Source: Sphaerodactylus townsendi (Eukaryota). Taken from it: DNA of 64,000 nucleotides. Numbering within the stretch: position 1 is the stretch's first letter; each line of letters starts with the position of its first letter. Positions 35,201 to 49,400 of this stretch are shown here, piece after piece. The notes beneath the pieces are model-generated. The model had not been told where the DNA came from and did not search any database. It saw only the letters and a program-made list of their open reading frames with translations. The position numbers and the translations under genes are program-made. Location: positions 17,360,001 to 17,424,000 of the forward strand of contig NC_059427.1 in the NCBI RefSeq assembly GCF_021028975.2, given 5' to 3'.

Positions 35201-38200
35201 GCAGTGTTCTGTTGATGCTGAGAGCTGCTCTAAACCCCTTAGTTATCATTCATCGCATGATGATTTACCTCTCCTACTTCCTTATTTGAAGGCTGCTGAT
35301 GCTGAAGTCGGATGGAAGAAAAGGAGAGCAGGGCTTCTTGTATTGCCTTCCCAGGGAAGGCAAAACAGAGGTTTTGAAGAGGAATGTGTGTGTTGAAAGA
35401 CAATGCACATTCAAAAGCAATGAGGTGTAGTGGTTAACAGTGGCAGGCTCTGATCTGGAGAACTGGGTTTGATGTCCCACTCCTCTACAGGAAGCCTCTG
35501 GATGACCTTGGGCTAACCATAGTTCTCTCAGAACTCTCTCAGCCTCACCTACCTCACCAGGTGTCTGTAGTGGGGAGAGGAAGGGATTGTGGTTGGGAGG
35601 TTCTGGGAGACTCCGTATGGTTGAGAAACAAATGGTTAAAAAAAATCCAACTTTTTCCTCTTCAAATAGTCTTCAAAGATCCCAATGCCAAAAGAAAATG
35701 CAACGCTATCAATATGAACACACACACACGAAGCTACCTTCCACTGAATCAGTACACTGGTCTATCAAGGTGAGTACTGCCTACTCTCCTCCAGGGTCTC
35801 AGGCAGAGGCCATTTGTAACCCCTGATCTTTTAACTGCAGATGCTGAGAACTGGGCCTGGGAGATACTCTGCCACTGAGCCACAGCCCGACCCTGCCACT
35901 ATCTGTAGCAGATGTACCTTTGGTATCTATTGCCATCTGCCAGGGCATAGGTCAGTGGTGGCAAACCTATGGCACGGGTGCCAGAGGTGGCACTCAGAGC
36001 CCTTTCTGTGGGCACGCATGCACAGGGTTTGTCATGTGGGGTGGCAGAAAATCACACACACCCTCACACACATCTAGGCTGCCCTGGGCATGATCCTTTA
36101 CCTGGGAGTAAGCTCGGTTGCCTCCTAGGGTCATGACTCACCCATTCAAAGTATTACATGGTTGCTTCACCAAGCTTACTCCTGAGTAACGCGTGCCTTG
36201 GAGCCAACCGTTTTTCTAAACCAAAACCTTAGTATCCGGGTTAAACTGCCGTGTTGGCACTTTGCGACAAATCAGTGGGTTTTGGGTTGCAATTTGGGCA
36301 CTCGGTCTTGAAAAGGTTCACCATCACTGGCATAGGTTGCTTAGCAAATGGCCAGCCAGTTCAGACAAGGAAAACAAATCTGCACCATAAATGTTGCAGA
36401 GGAATCAAAAGGTACAAAGTGAGCAGAGGACTAAAAATAACTCTCTCCAAATTACTGTTATGCAAAGTATGAAAGCAAATGGGAACCACTAGATGAAACT
36501 CAGAGGCACGAAGAGAGGGTTCCAGCTGAAGGCAGGTTAAAGGCTCTTTTTGGGCTGGAGTAGGAGGATGACAACACTCTTCAGAGGGAGGCTGTGGCAG
36601 GCTCACCACTGTGCAGCTTCTCGTGCTCTTTGAGGTGTTTCTTGAAGTTGAAAGACTTGCCGCAGCTGGGATCAGAGCAAGTGAATGTTTTTTGGTGGAC
36701 ATGCTGGTATTTCTTGTGGTGCTAAAAAAACAAAACCAAAAATAAAAATAAAAACCCAAGTCAAAATACAAGAATTACTATTTTTGTGGTAAAGTTAACA
36801 GGGGGGGAAAGGGCTGGGGATAGTGTTCCAATCTGCTGAGGAAACAAACTTCATGAGGGAATGATATATTACACTGGGAGGATAATTTTATCCCTTTGTA
36901 ACGCACATATGGGCTTCATTTTTAATTTGTGACAAGCACCTAGAGATTTTACATGTGAGATACTAATAATCACATCATTAAAAAGAGAGAAACTGTTATA
37001 TCACATATAGCATTTCCTGTGACATAAAGCACATTTCAGGGCACCAGAACTTGTTTTACTGCAGCAGTGGCATAGGAGGTTAAGAGCTCGTGTATCTAAT
37101 CTGGAGGAACCAGGTTTGATTCCCAGCTCTGCTGCCTGAGCTGTGGAGGCTTATCTGAGGAATTCAGATTAGCCTATACACTCCCACACATGCCAGCTGG
37201 GTGACCTTGGGCTAGTCACAGCTTCTCGGAGCTCTCTCAGCCCCACCTACCTCACAGGGTATTTGTTGTGAGGGGGGAAGGGCAAGGAGATTGTAAGCCC
37301 CTTTGAGTCTCCTGCAGGAGAGAAAGGGGGGATATAAATCCAAACTCTTCTTCTTCTTCTTAAAAAAACAACACTGTGGATCCACCCAGATACCCATAAG
37401 GATGAGATGAGGAAGAAGAAAGCCCCACATGGTTGCTTTCACTCCACTGGGACTCCAAAGCAGCCTACAACATCATTCTCCCCTCTTCTATTTTACTCTC
37501 ACAACAATCACTTTGCAAGGTAGATTAGGCGGAGAGAGAATGCCTGTGCCCAGGGTCCCCCATTGAACTTCTATAGCAGAGCGGAGGTCTGAACCCGGGC
37601 TTCCCGGACACCCTCTCCAGTACACCATGCTGGCTCTGAGCATGTTGTCTCTGAACTTGGAGGTGCCATCAAAACTTGTATTTGCTAATACAACTCTATT
37701 CCATGCTTCTCTCTTCTCAGGTCCTATGGGGTGGCAGTCACTGAAGTGGGGGCCACCCACATCAAAATGTTTTGCAGAAACCCGAGAAGTTGTGGGACAT
37801 CCACTTTCTCGATCAGAAGACTAGTAGGCAATGCCACCAAGCAGGGCTTGTGGCTCAGCTTTGCATGTGGAATGTCCCACATTTACATCCCTGGCATCTC
37901 ACTGAGCAGGTGACAGGAAACGTCTTTCTCTGACAGAGATGCTGGAGAGCGGATGCCAGTCAGAATGGACAGAGCAAGCGGGACCAAATGTCTGACTTGC
38001 TGTAGAGGAGCTTCCTTTGTTCACACACTAACCTGCCAGTCCAGCCAGCCCAGCCCCTTGTTCTTTTGTCTTCCCTCTGCCATGAAGCCCACCCTCTGAA
38101 GAAGCCATTTTCTCCAGGCAAACTGATACCAGCAGTATGGAGATCAGATGTAATTCCAGGCTCTACTTGGAGGTTGGCAGCAATCACTGGGATGGCCATG

Positions 38201-41200
38201 GGGCAGCAGCAGGTCAGGGATTAGGAAAGGTCTGCTTGGTTGTCTGAGCCACAATGCACTGGTGTTTGCAGGAACAAGGCCTACTCTCAGAGCCCTCCCC
38301 TCCCAGCAAGGTTGCCAGCCACTTACATTCAAGTATTGGCGGTTGGAAAAAATCTTCCCACAGCCATCATAGTCACAGAGGAGGATCTCTCGCTTGGCTG
38401 CCTTCCTGTGGAGCAGGACAAGGTTGGGCATGAGAGAAGAGAGGAAGAGGAAACCCCTTAAAAACACCAGCCCCAAAGACCAGAACAGCCTCACCGAACA
38501 GTGTCCCTCTGCTCCCCCTTGCTCCATTAAGGCCTTGAGTGCCAGGCCTTATTGCACCCTCTCAGCAATCAGCTGTTGACTAGGCCTCCTATCTATAATC
38601 CTTCTGTCCAGGGGCGTAATGCCCATTGGGAAAGGTGGGCATCTGCCCAGGGTACCACCTTGTGGGGGGCATCAAAATGCAGGGTTCGTTTTTGGGTATT
38701 TTAGTGGTTTTCCATTTTTGGCCTGCAGGGGGCGCAGTTTTTAGGCTAGTGGCATCAAAATTTCAGCGTATCATCAGGAGACTGTCCTTATGCTACCCCC
38801 TAGCATAAGGACAGTCTCCTGATGATACGCAGAAATTTTGGTGCTGATACGTCTAAAAATGCACCCCCTGCAGGTACCAATGTCCTGGTGCAAAAAAAAA
38901 AATTGGTTGTGGTGGAGTGGCCGCCCATGGGCGGGGCGGGCATTTAACTCAGGTTTTGCCCAGGGCTACAGTTTGCCTCGTTACACCCCTGCTTCTGTGA
39001 CTGGGCAATCCAAAACTGAATCACACCTGTTAAAATTCACTGGAGTCAATGGGCTTCCAAGGGGGTAACTCTGTTTAGGATGGCACTGCAAGTAATCCAA
39101 GAATGTATTTTCTGGTGCTTTTGGTAAAGCAACACATAGTCGCTCACCTGATTCTTTTTGGACCAATCTGGGCCACATCTTCATCACCAGGCTGTGCCTG
39201 CTTCTTACAGCTGTAAGGAAGAGATGCTTAACAACTCAAACAAAAAACAAATCTGTCTTCAGAAGGGTCATTAGGTAGCCATTATGGCTAATATGGCGGA
39301 AGCAACCCAACTGAAAAATGGGGCAAGGGAGGCAGGATTTGAGAACAGCCACCTTGTGAAAGTCTCTCAGGTGGGCTAGATATAACAACCATGTCCTCTT
39401 GTCTGTACCCAGCAAACAGAATGTTAGTGCTAATCATGGAGGCTGCATTTGGCTTGTTCCAAGTTACTTAGAACCATGAATTTGTCTAATTCCTTTTAAA
39501 GCTAAGCTAGCGGCCAGCCTGTTACCAGATGCTTGGACAACTGTCCTGCAGGGCAAATAGCAATGGGGGTGGGGGGAGGCACGGGTTCTAATTGAGAAAG
39601 GATGAAACACACACACACGTACACATGTTCACCCACGCTGCTATTCCAATCAAAATCACACAAACATACACAAACTGCATAAACTGTCTCATACGTTGGG
39701 AGACACATGGCAGGTCTCCGTGGTGTTTAATTTCATGCCTGTTTATGAAATGTTCTTGCTCAGTGTTGTTTATATCTATTCATTTTAGTATTTCTGTCCT
39801 GCTTTTCTCTCCACTGTGGGTTCAAAACTGGCTTAAGAAACATACCAATGTGTTTAGGTATAACTGCAAGTATTCAGCTCGTGCTGGATCCATTGGCCCA
39901 GCTCACCCAAGACTTCTGTAACCAACACATTTTGGGTGTTTGGCTCCACCTTTCCAGTTCCCTGTCTGAGGTGAACATCCCTCTCCTTTCTCCCTTATGT
40001 TGGACTTGCCCCTCACCCTGCTTCGCCTTCACCGTTTCTCCCCTCTCAAGAGGGGCTGTGGCTAGTGTTAAGTGGAACGATTTCCCAGCTTTGGCAACGA
40101 CGCTGGTTTCTCTTTCACCGCTACGGTCGCTCCCTTGGAAGCACTCAGAAGCTGAAGTTGCCGAGGTCTTTGCAGCATGGAGTCCCTATGGATAGGCAAC
40201 ATTGACACAGAATTTCATTCCCACGTCTGACCAGTGTCTGATTTGCCAGAGGCATCAAAGAAACATTAACAAATAGAGCAACATTTGCAGATTAGTGTTA
40301 CTGGACATTACCCCATACTTAACTTCCCACTATCATTCAAAAATCCTACAAAATAAGGAAAGTAGCCTTGTGCTTGTCCTGTTCTTGACCATCACGAGCA
40401 GAACACAGAAAGCAAACAACCAGCCTTTTCACGAGAAATCCCATGTCTAGCACATAGGGCAGTACTGAATTGTGGTTAAATTTTACATTTTTTTTCTATT
40501 TTGCCTCTGGAGGGGAATCTTGAGATAGCTAATTCTTAAAATTAGGTATGTATTTATTCTGAACCCCAAACTTTTTAATCCTGCCTTTTTCCTTGCATTT
40601 ACATAAAACTTTTTTTCACTTGGAAATGTGCTACTTTTCTGTTAGTTTGGGCTCAGACATCCATCTGGAAAACCTCTTGGCTAACTTACTATCAAAATGG
40701 CATAGACAGGGCTGATCCCTACTGTCAAAAACCATCTCCGTGAGCTGGAAATCAAGATGTATACGTCTCGATTTGGCTCCGAAGGGTGGCGGCGGAAATA
40801 TGCATCTGGAATTCCAGTCTATTGTCATATGCGTTTTGACCCTGGATGCATAAAGAAAACAGGCTGTAACAGTGAGAGGAGAGTGACCTTCAGGTGGACA
40901 GCAAGAGTCACGCTGTAAAAAAGTTCCCTTTGTTCACAGTTCCTGCTTTGTATCCTCTTCAAGCATCAACACTAAATTAGAAGCTGTTTCCAGGATGCCC
41001 CCTAATACCTCAAATGTACCTGTCAAGGGAAGGATGATAATTTTCATCTCGCAGGTCGTCTGTATATGCCAAGCGGTCTTCCTCCTCCAAATCCTCTCCT
41101 CCTCCTCCTCCTTCCTCCTCCTCTGGTGGGTCAGGCTCTGACTGCGGTTTTCCCTCTGGCAGGGGCAAAGTGCTGCAGAAAGGGTGGGCGGGATGAAAGG

Positions 41201-44200
41201 GAAGGTTGCAGAGTTCAAAGATCCTTCAGCCAGGAACAGACCCTAGTTCCCTCCCAATCTTCAAAGCAAAAAAATCACCAGTATCTGTTTGTGGCTCTTT
41301 GACAGTTTTCCACCAGAAAATTAGCGCTGCCCTAATAAATCACACCAGGCGGATGCTCCAAAGAATTTCCAAGCACAACATGAAGGCAAAGGCTACTGTC
41401 CTTCCAATGAACTTCACTGGCCAGATTGTGGCCTTCTTACCAAGTTTGGAAAGATCATTTTACAAGTCTTCAGAGTCTGCCATGCAAGCCCTTCTTCAGG
41501 TTAGCCACCACATAAAAACTGGACGTTGGACTAATGGACTACTGGAGAGCCAGTGTGGTGTAGTGGTTAAGAGCAGGGGGACTCTAAACTGGAGAACTGG
41601 GTTTGATTCCCCACTCCTCCACATGAACCGTGGAGTCTTCTCTGGTGAACCAGATTTGTTTCCCCACTCCTCCGCACAAAGCCTGCTGGGTGACCTTGGG
41701 CTCAGAACTCTCTCAGCCCCACTTACCTCGCAAGGTGTCTGTTGAGGGGAGAGGAAGGGAAAGGAGTTTGCAAGTCCCTTTGAGACTCCTTACAGGACAG
41801 AAGGGGTGGGGGTATTAACCCAAACTCTTCTTCTTCCTATGTTCAACTATACCCTCACTTCTTTCCTTAACTTCAATCTCATTATAGTGGTTGGAAGGGC
41901 AGTTCATAGGTCAGTTACAAGATGGTGGTGTAGGGCCTGGAAAGATCATTCTGAGCTCCTTGAAGGAAGGGTGAGATTGTTTCAGCAGTTTTGGAGTGGG
42001 ACATACATTATAGCATGGGAAGATGATGCTGTTCCAGTGGTGCGCATGGTATGCGTGTGCGTGAATAAATGTGGAGTGGCTCATGTTGTAAAGCAGAACA
42101 TTAGCTTGCTGGTCAAGAGAAGAAGAGTTTGGATTTATATCCCCCCTTTCTCTCCTGCAGGAGACTCAAAGGGGCTGACAATCTCCTTGCCCTTCCCCCC
42201 TCACAACAAACACCCTGTGAGGTAGGTGGGGCTGAGAGAGCTCCGAGAAGCTGTGACTAGCCCAAGGTCACCCAGCTGGCATGTGTGGGAGTGCACAGGC
42301 TAATCTGAATTCCCCAGATAAGCCTCCACAGCTCAGGCGGCAGAGCGGAGAATCAAACCCGGTTCCTCCAGATTAGGTACACAAGCTCTTAACCTCCTAC
42401 GCCACTGCTGCTCCTCCTATGCCACTGCTGCTCAAGCATATACACACTGCGCACTCGTGCTATCCCGTTCTCAAATGGCCTTCTGATAACTACAGTTGCT
42501 GATTCGAAACCCTGTAAAACCACACACCACAAAGTCACAGTCATGTGAGCTAGCATCCTCCACTCTTGAGCTGATCCCCTCTCCCTCCACATTCCTCCTT
42601 CACCTCTACATGGACTACTGAACAGCCGGGACCATTGCCCTTGCAAGGGACAGATATGGCCTAGACTCTCCGGCTGCAGGTTCTTTTACTAGGTGATCTT
42701 TTTGTCACTGTTAGCCTTTGCGATAAGGACTTCAACTTTCTTCTGTTATTCCATGCTTTCTGTCCTCTCTGAAGAGGCTGAATGGAATCACACACACAGA
42801 GCACAGGAATGGTAGGGATTATTATGATAGGATGCATCAGCTTAACCGCACCGGACATAAAGATCCACTTACTCCTCTCCCCACTTTCTATGAGGTGCTG
42901 ATGGGGCCCCTTCAGTTGATGTGGTTGATCAGAGAGGAACAAGATGATGGTACCTACCTTTCAGGTACTGCAATTTCTGTGCTGCTTGGAACCTCTTCGG
43001 AGGGAGCCGCTGCAAGAGAAAACACGGGGCAACCAAATATTAAGACAATGGAGTCACCTAATAAAGCAATGATGGCATCTCTTGATCTTAGCAGTAAACA
43101 AGAGAGGGCTCAGCAAATTTGCTCAGTTGCCACTTTTGGCTTGATCCCCTCTAATTCCATTTTACAATAGGTCTTTAATTTAATGGTACATCAATTCAGA
43201 AGAGTGTTCATGTGAGCTAGTTTCTGTCTAAGGTCACCAAAGGGCATTTTGTGGGCATCCCCTATTCAGATAGAAGTTGTGAATATGGGGATGGCCATAT
43301 AGAGACTCTGGAACATGTTTTGTCTACTGTTGGAATGATCTGAAGCAGAAATATTTAGGGCCACTCTTATCCTTTAAGTCTTATCTTTCCTTGCAGAGTT
43401 TAATTTAGTGGCTACTATCCGACAAATTTTTGCAGGCAGTCATCAATTGTAAAAGGGGTTAATTTTGGGAATTATATTACTATGATTCTGCCTGTGACCT
43501 TTTGACTGTTTAAGCAATATCATTTAAGTAATAAAGCAAGAGTCACCTAATACAGTCAAGGAAGCAGCAAACTATGAGAAACCTGGCTATTTCCTAGATC
43601 GGGCAGGCCAAATAAGCAAGAGAAAAAAAGTTTGGATTTATACCCCACTTTTCTCAACTGCAGGGAGTCTCAAAATGGCTTTCTCTCCCCACAACAGACA
43701 CAACAGGGGCTGAGAGAGTTCAAAGAGTACTGTGACTAGCCCAGGGTCACCCAGCAGGCTTCATGCGTAGGAGTGGGGAAACAAATCTGATTCACCAGAA
43801 AAGAGTCCACCACTTATGTGGAGTACAGAATCAAACTTAGTTCTCCATATTAAAGTCCACTGTTCTTAACCACTACACCAAGCTGCCTCTTAACCACGAC
43901 ACCAGGTCATCAAAGGCTCTTTTGCAGCCAATCCTGGACACTGATGACGTTCATTTCCCTCCTAGTGCACAAGAGCAGTCAGTGCTAGGCTAGGCGGAGG
44001 GTCTGGCTCAGCACAAGGCAGTTTCCTTATTTCATATCCCAACTCCCACGATTAAATGGCAGCTCTGGGAATAGCAGCAGTAGAAACCTCAGCTCTCTCC
44101 TGCGGATTTTGAGCATTTAATATGTGTTTAGTTCCGCAGCAATCACAAGAGCTCAAAGCAAGGCTTAAAAAGTAAGCGAAGTGCGCTGTTGAGTTGCAAC

Positions 44201-47131
44201 TGAAATTCCACCTCATGGGGTTCTCGAGGCAAGAGATGGGGGGGGGGGGGTTGTCATTGCCTTCCTCTGTGTAGCAACCCCCTTGGTGGCCTCCCATCCA
44301 AGTACCAACCCGGCTTAGCTCCCAAGCTCAGTCAAAATCGGGCTCGTCACAGACTTCATATTTCAACCTGAAGCAAGATGGTTGCTTATTTTTATTCCAC
44401 ATTTCCTTCAAGGAACTTAGGCATATATGGGCCAGGCTATCCAGATCTACTAGACCTCAATGGCACATCTTTCAATTGTGGAGAAACTAAGAAACACACT
44501 ACACACTGGCTCTGGCAAATGTAAACAATATGTTAACAACCTTTTATATTTCAATTTGTTCATAATTCCTTCAAGAATATATTGTAATCATTCATAACAA
44601 ATGTGTCAAATGTGTAGAATCCAAATACTTCTACTTCTCACAAAGTCAAAAAGACGGTCATATAATCCAACAGTCACATAATCCAACTTGTAGAATCCAA
44701 AATTATCAATATTCATAACTCAATGTTCACTTTTCTCATAAAGTCCAAAATTTTCACTTCTCAAACGTCTACGCGTTCAAGACTATTTTGTGAACGTCTA
44801 CGCGTTCAAGACTATTTAGTGAACGTCTACGCGTTCAAGACTATTTAGTGAACCCAAATTTCACTAAACCTGGCTGGTATCATAAAGAGACTCTCCTGAT
44901 GAGACCAGCCAGGTTTGGTGAAGTTTGGTTCAGAGGGTCCAAAGTTATGGACCCTCAAAAGGGTAGCCCCATCTACTAATAGCTCCCATTGAAAACAATG
45001 GGGAATGGGGACACCTCCTTTGGGGGTCCATAACTTTGGACCCCCAGAACCAAATTTTACCAAGCTTGGCTGGTATCATCAGGAGTGTCTTCTGAGGGTA
45101 CCCTGAAAATTTGGTGTCACTAGCATAAAAACTGTGCCCCCTGCTGGCCAGCAAAGTAAAAACACAAAAAAAATTAATTACCCGCATATAAGTCGAGGGG
45201 AGCTTTTTCAGCATTAAAAATGTGCTGAAAAATTCGACTTATACATGAGTATATACGGTAATTGAAATATAAAAGGTTGTTAACATATCATTTACATTTG
45301 CCAGAGCCAGTGTGTAGCGCGTTTCTTAGTTTCTCCACTTTTTACGTTGCGCACAATTGTTTGTCAGACATCTTTCAACTATGCCTTGTCAGGCACTCCA
45401 AGTAGCCCCCTCCTGCCCACCAACAAAGAAGAATCTTTCCAGCCCCAGCATTCCAAGCTGGAGAACTTCATGCTGGCATCCAACCGCCTGCAGCTCCCTT
45501 ACCCTTCTCCGCCTTGTCGTTATCAAGCAATTCTTCCTCCTCGCCTAGGCCTGATCCACCAATGGGAGACAAGCATGCTGTCTGCTCTTGGTCCATGCTG
45601 CCCTGCACATCTTCCTTAGAAGGTGGCTCTGCCTCATCCATAGGACATGGCGAGTTAGAAGCGAGTGCTAAAGAAAAAGCATGGGCTGCAGCTGCCCTGC
45701 GGAGGGAGCGCCGGCGTCGGATGACAGGGGAGGGTAGAGGGCTGGACTTGGAACTTGCCACTTTATCTTCCTTGCTTCTGCAGGTTGCTTTGCGGGGAGG
45801 CAGTGTGGAAGGCAGAGGGCTGGGGGGGCTCCAGGAGAAAGTGTGACCTGCCAGGCACTCCCACACCAGGCCCCCAGGAGCTCCCTTCTGTGCCAGCGAC
45901 GGGGACTTCACGTCGGGAATGAAGCCACACTCCTGGCTGTGGTTGTGAGAAAGGACCACAAGGGTCTGCAAAGCATCAGCAGGAAGAGGGGTGGCAGGAG
46001 CACTGGAACTATCCTGTCCTAAGGGGACAAAAAAAGAGAACAAAGTCACTGGGAGAGCTCTGTACAGTATAATCAGAGCCCTCCCTCCCTCTAGAGAAAA
46101 CCAGAAAGGGTTCTTACCCACTTTGAGCACACAGCCCTGTGAGCTGTATCTGTGTGAAAAAGAAAAGCAGTGGGTGAACAAGTGGATCACACAACAGTGC
46201 ACTTTACTAACTTTTTGTGTGTGTGAACTAGGGACCGGAAAGGCAATGAAAGAAGAGACAAGCGATTTGATCCCATCCCACATTCCAACATCTCCCCTTG
46301 TGCCACAGGGTCTCCCACGAAATCCCCTTTTACCCTTGGGAAAGGAATCATGGCTCAGTAATACAGTGCCAGCTTTACACACAGACACTCTTCAGTTTGG
46401 TCTCTGGGATTTCCAGTGAAACGCTCTCAGCTGGCAGGGATTGAGAAAGGTCTGTCTCATTGTTTGAACTGATCTACAGCAACCGTTCTGTGGCATTTGC
46501 AATTCTTGTGGGCTTGTTTTTTGAGGTTCTTTCTGTATTGGTTAATTTAAAAGGCCACATTTTTTTCATCCCTCGGGAGTCCCCTGAGCAGGTAAAGATC
46601 CCTCCTTAGTGTGTGAGCGGAGCCGGAGCGAGGGGGAACTGTGTCCAAGGCATATGTGTGTCCTGTGCCCTGCCACGCCCCCTCCACACACCGGCCACAC
46701 CCCTGCACCAGCATGCTCCCGGGGCAAGATGCCCCCGCCCCTTGGGCTCTACATGTCTGGTGAGCAGCCCCTGCTAAGCGGTTTTTGTAAACCACACGTT
46801 TGAGGCAGTGATGGCGGTTTTCAGCACACAAACTGTTCCACTGCATAATCAAATGTTTGCCACTTAGCTAACATTTAGACAAAACTAGATGAGTGGGAAA
46901 CTGTATGGGAAGTAGTCCTACAAATACACACACCTCTCCTCACCTGTCGAGCAGGTACTTGGCAAGCTGGGAGTGCAAGGAAAATCCCAGCTGTTCCTTG
47001 AGCTGACACCATTGCTCCAGATGGCTGCCAATACGGATGCGGCATTTGCTGCGCCGGGCATCCAGCTCCTTGCGTTTCTGCTTGCGGATGGTTTCAGAGG
47101 CCCGCTGGCGGCCCTGGCGGCCATGTTCCAT
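32255..47131 (-). CDS. ZNF692: Zinc finger protein 692; predicted exons 47131-46944, 46149-46118, 46018-45503, 43009-42958, 41155-41020, (40185-39907?), 39210-39148, 38405-38327, 36721-36607, 34223-34124, 32573-32255
   Basis: [85 protein letters not shown] and five C2H2 fingers ([24 protein letters not shown] ... [21 protein letters not shown]); GT-AG boundaries. Middle exons have frame problems. Confidence 0.92.
33167..33312. mobile_element. Palindromic hAT-type MITE
   Basis: Near-perfect palindrome, TSD GAATAGGC. Confidence 0.9.
34332..34620 (-). mobile_element. CR1 LINE 3' end
   Basis: RTRSNGFKV...[39 protein letters not shown]; (atcataga) terminal repeat. Confidence 0.9.
35953..36329. 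mobile_element. Non-autonomous hAT DNA transposon
   Basis: TIRs as at 6835; TSD GCATAGGT. Confidence 0.9.
37062..37360 (+). mobile_element. tRNA-derived SINE (Squam3-like)
   Basis: Same family as 3474-3792, (CTT)n tail. Confidence 0.85.
38609..38991. mobile_element. Non-autonomous DNA transposon (Harbinger-like ends)
   Basis: TIR caggggcgtaa / ttacacccctg; internal module shared with 44850, 57290 and 62700. Confidence 0.6.
41547..41836 (+). mobile_element. tRNA-derived SINE (Squam3-like)
   Basis: gagccagtgtggtgtagtggttaagagc...gggtttgattccc...(CTT)n. Confidence 0.8.
42117..42432 (-). mobile_element. tRNA-derived SINE (Squam3-like)
   Basis: Reverse complement of the 3474 family. Confidence 0.85.
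43625..43902 (-). mobile_element. tRNA-derived SINE (older copy)
   Basis: Reverse complement of the same family, more diverged. Confidence 0.7.
44478..45338. repeat. Composite repeat: about 80-bp inverted flanks, 28-bp tandem x3 (44764-44851) and a DNA-transposon fragment
   Basis: 44478-44557 is the reverse complement of 45260-45338; gaacgtctacgcgttcaagactatttagt repeats; Tc1/mariner-like end cgacttatacatgagtatatacggta. Confidence 0.75.
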
Positions 47132-48699
47132 GATCTCAAAACCGCCCCGCTGAGAAAGAGCACGTTGAAGAAAGAAAATCATGTCATAATCCACAAGAAG
47201 TGATGACCCACTAATTACAAGTATTGTTCTTTATATATGTGGGCAAGCAGTCAAAACACAACAGTCTGGTTTTAGCTAGTTCTTTAACAAATCACATTTA
47301 TATCTTACACATTCTGAACAAAAGGCAATTGTTAGAAGCTGAAATACACAGGAAAGCTATCATCCAAATACATCAATAAATTTGAAATCCAGTTCCCGGT
47401 GTTTTATCATTCTTACTCATAACCAAGAAAAAGAACTCAGAGTAGGGATCTGTTGTTGGTTCTTAAACTGTCAACACCTAAAGCAGTATCTCTATGACAC
47501 ATAGTGAGAAAGCCAAAGAACGTCAAGATGCTCCAGGAGATAGAACCAGTGGTGGAATTCAGCAGGTTCGCATCACTTCAGCAGAACCGGTTGTTAAAAT
47601 GGTGCCAGTTGTTAAATTATTTGAATCCCACCCCCGGAACCGGTTGTTAAATTATTTGAATCCCATTACTGGATGGAACCTTCCACTTTTGACTAGCTGA
47701 GACAATGTAGATGGAAATGCCTCTTCTAAATTTCTCTTACTCAGGTTTGAACCAGGGAGAACAGAACTGATGCAATGTCCTTCAAGAGTCTGCACCGGCC
47801 CATTAGCCCTACCAGTTAATCTACAGTTTTAAATATATAGTAATAGACTAATCAGTGAGCCCCTTGTGGTCACTGCATGAACTGATGTGATGTTATGGGG
47901 GTATTCACTAACATTCTGGTTGTAAAGAGCTGTCAAGTTGCAGCTGACTTTTGGTGACACCATAAAGTTTTCAAGTGAAGAGATGTTCAAAGGTGGTTTG
48001 CCACTGCCTGGCTCTGCATAATAACTCTGATCCTCATTTGCAATCTCCCATCCAAGTACGAATCTGGACCTCCTGAGCTTCCAATGTCTGACAAATCAGG
48101 CTAGCCTGAACCAACCATTGTTGAAGCAGCGGTTACTCGGAGTAGACCCCCTTGTAGAATGCAATGCAGAAACAACTGACAGACGCACAGTCAACAGTGC
48201 AGAAATTCTATTTATTGCTCTACATTCTCTGTAGATGCTCAAAAATGGAGCCGCCTTTACGTAGTTTGGGGAACCCTGCTGCTTTATGTATTTCACCTAT
48301 GCTTCATCAGAGGGCATTTATAAAAAACACAAAACAAAGAAATGTGAAAAATAATAGACCAATGTATCATCTAAACCACATATGCTTAAATATGAGTATT
48401 AAGACAATGGTTGCTCAAGAGATAAGAAGTATAGATACACTGATGTCCCAGTAACCAGGAAATGGTGTATACTGAATATACAGACAAAATGCATAAGGTC
48501 TTAAAGTTCCCACAGCACCAATTGTTTTTTTGCTTTTTCTTGTTCTGGTTATTGGGGTTGTCCTCTCTTTTCATACAAGGTGGAATTCAACCATGTCACT
48601 TCCATGCCCAGAGAAGCAAATAGCACTAAATGAATTTGGACCAGCTCACTACTACCGCAAAGGGCTTCATGGGAGAAGCTGAATATTCCACAGATCCCA

Positions 48700-49400
48700 C
48701 AATTTGCGACACCCTCAAGTCACCTCTTCTCACCACGCCCCATTGCGCGAAGCCACGCCCCTTTACAATCTCTACCCTCCCCTCTTATATACCCACCTCA
48801 CTCCCGCTCTCTGTGATTTGAGCCAATGACTAGCTGCCTTGCCGGGCGCTGGCCAATTACAAACCAGCGTACAGTAGTACGGGCCGTTGGAGTGTCTATC
48901 CCTCCGTTAGTCGCGCGCCCCTCCTCCCCACTGACCGTTTCAATTAAGCTTCACTCTGAAGCACGAGACTTCTTGCCGTCAGTGAGTCCATTTGAGTCCG
49001 GGGAGCGCTAATCTTACACTTGAAGGCCCCCTTTTTGGGCCAACAAGTGGGGCCCACACCGCAGGCACCGTGGCCCCTTTAAGAGGGATGCTTTCTCCCA
49101 CCCTCAGTTTACACACGAGAGGAAGAGCAGCGGACTATGGCAGCCGAGGAAGGAGAAATCGGGTTCACCTTTTGCGCAAGCGCAGTTCACCCTAGCTCGA
49201 CCGTTAGCCAGCTGGATCCCAGGGTATCATGGGAGTTGTGGTTGATTCGCCCTGAACTGTGGCCGGGCGCTCGGAACTGTAAAACTTTGGGAGCAGAAAG
49301 CTCCTAACGGCTCCGCTCGTTGTCTCTTCAAGAACAGACAGCGATGGAATCCTTCGTTCTCTCCGTAATGCATGATGGTAGTTGTAGTTCCCTAATCTAA
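48700..49400 (-). promoter_or_regulatory. CpG-rich promoter of ZNF692 with ZNF143/THAP11-type motifs
   Basis: CCAAT and GC boxes; catgggagttgtggtt (about 49228-49243) and atggtagttgtagttc (about 49375-49390) match ACTACAnnTCCCA-type motifs. Confidence 0.6.

Noticed and set aside
42530-42780. Extra ZNF692 exon
   Set aside because: Acceptor-like site present, but stops occur in all frames
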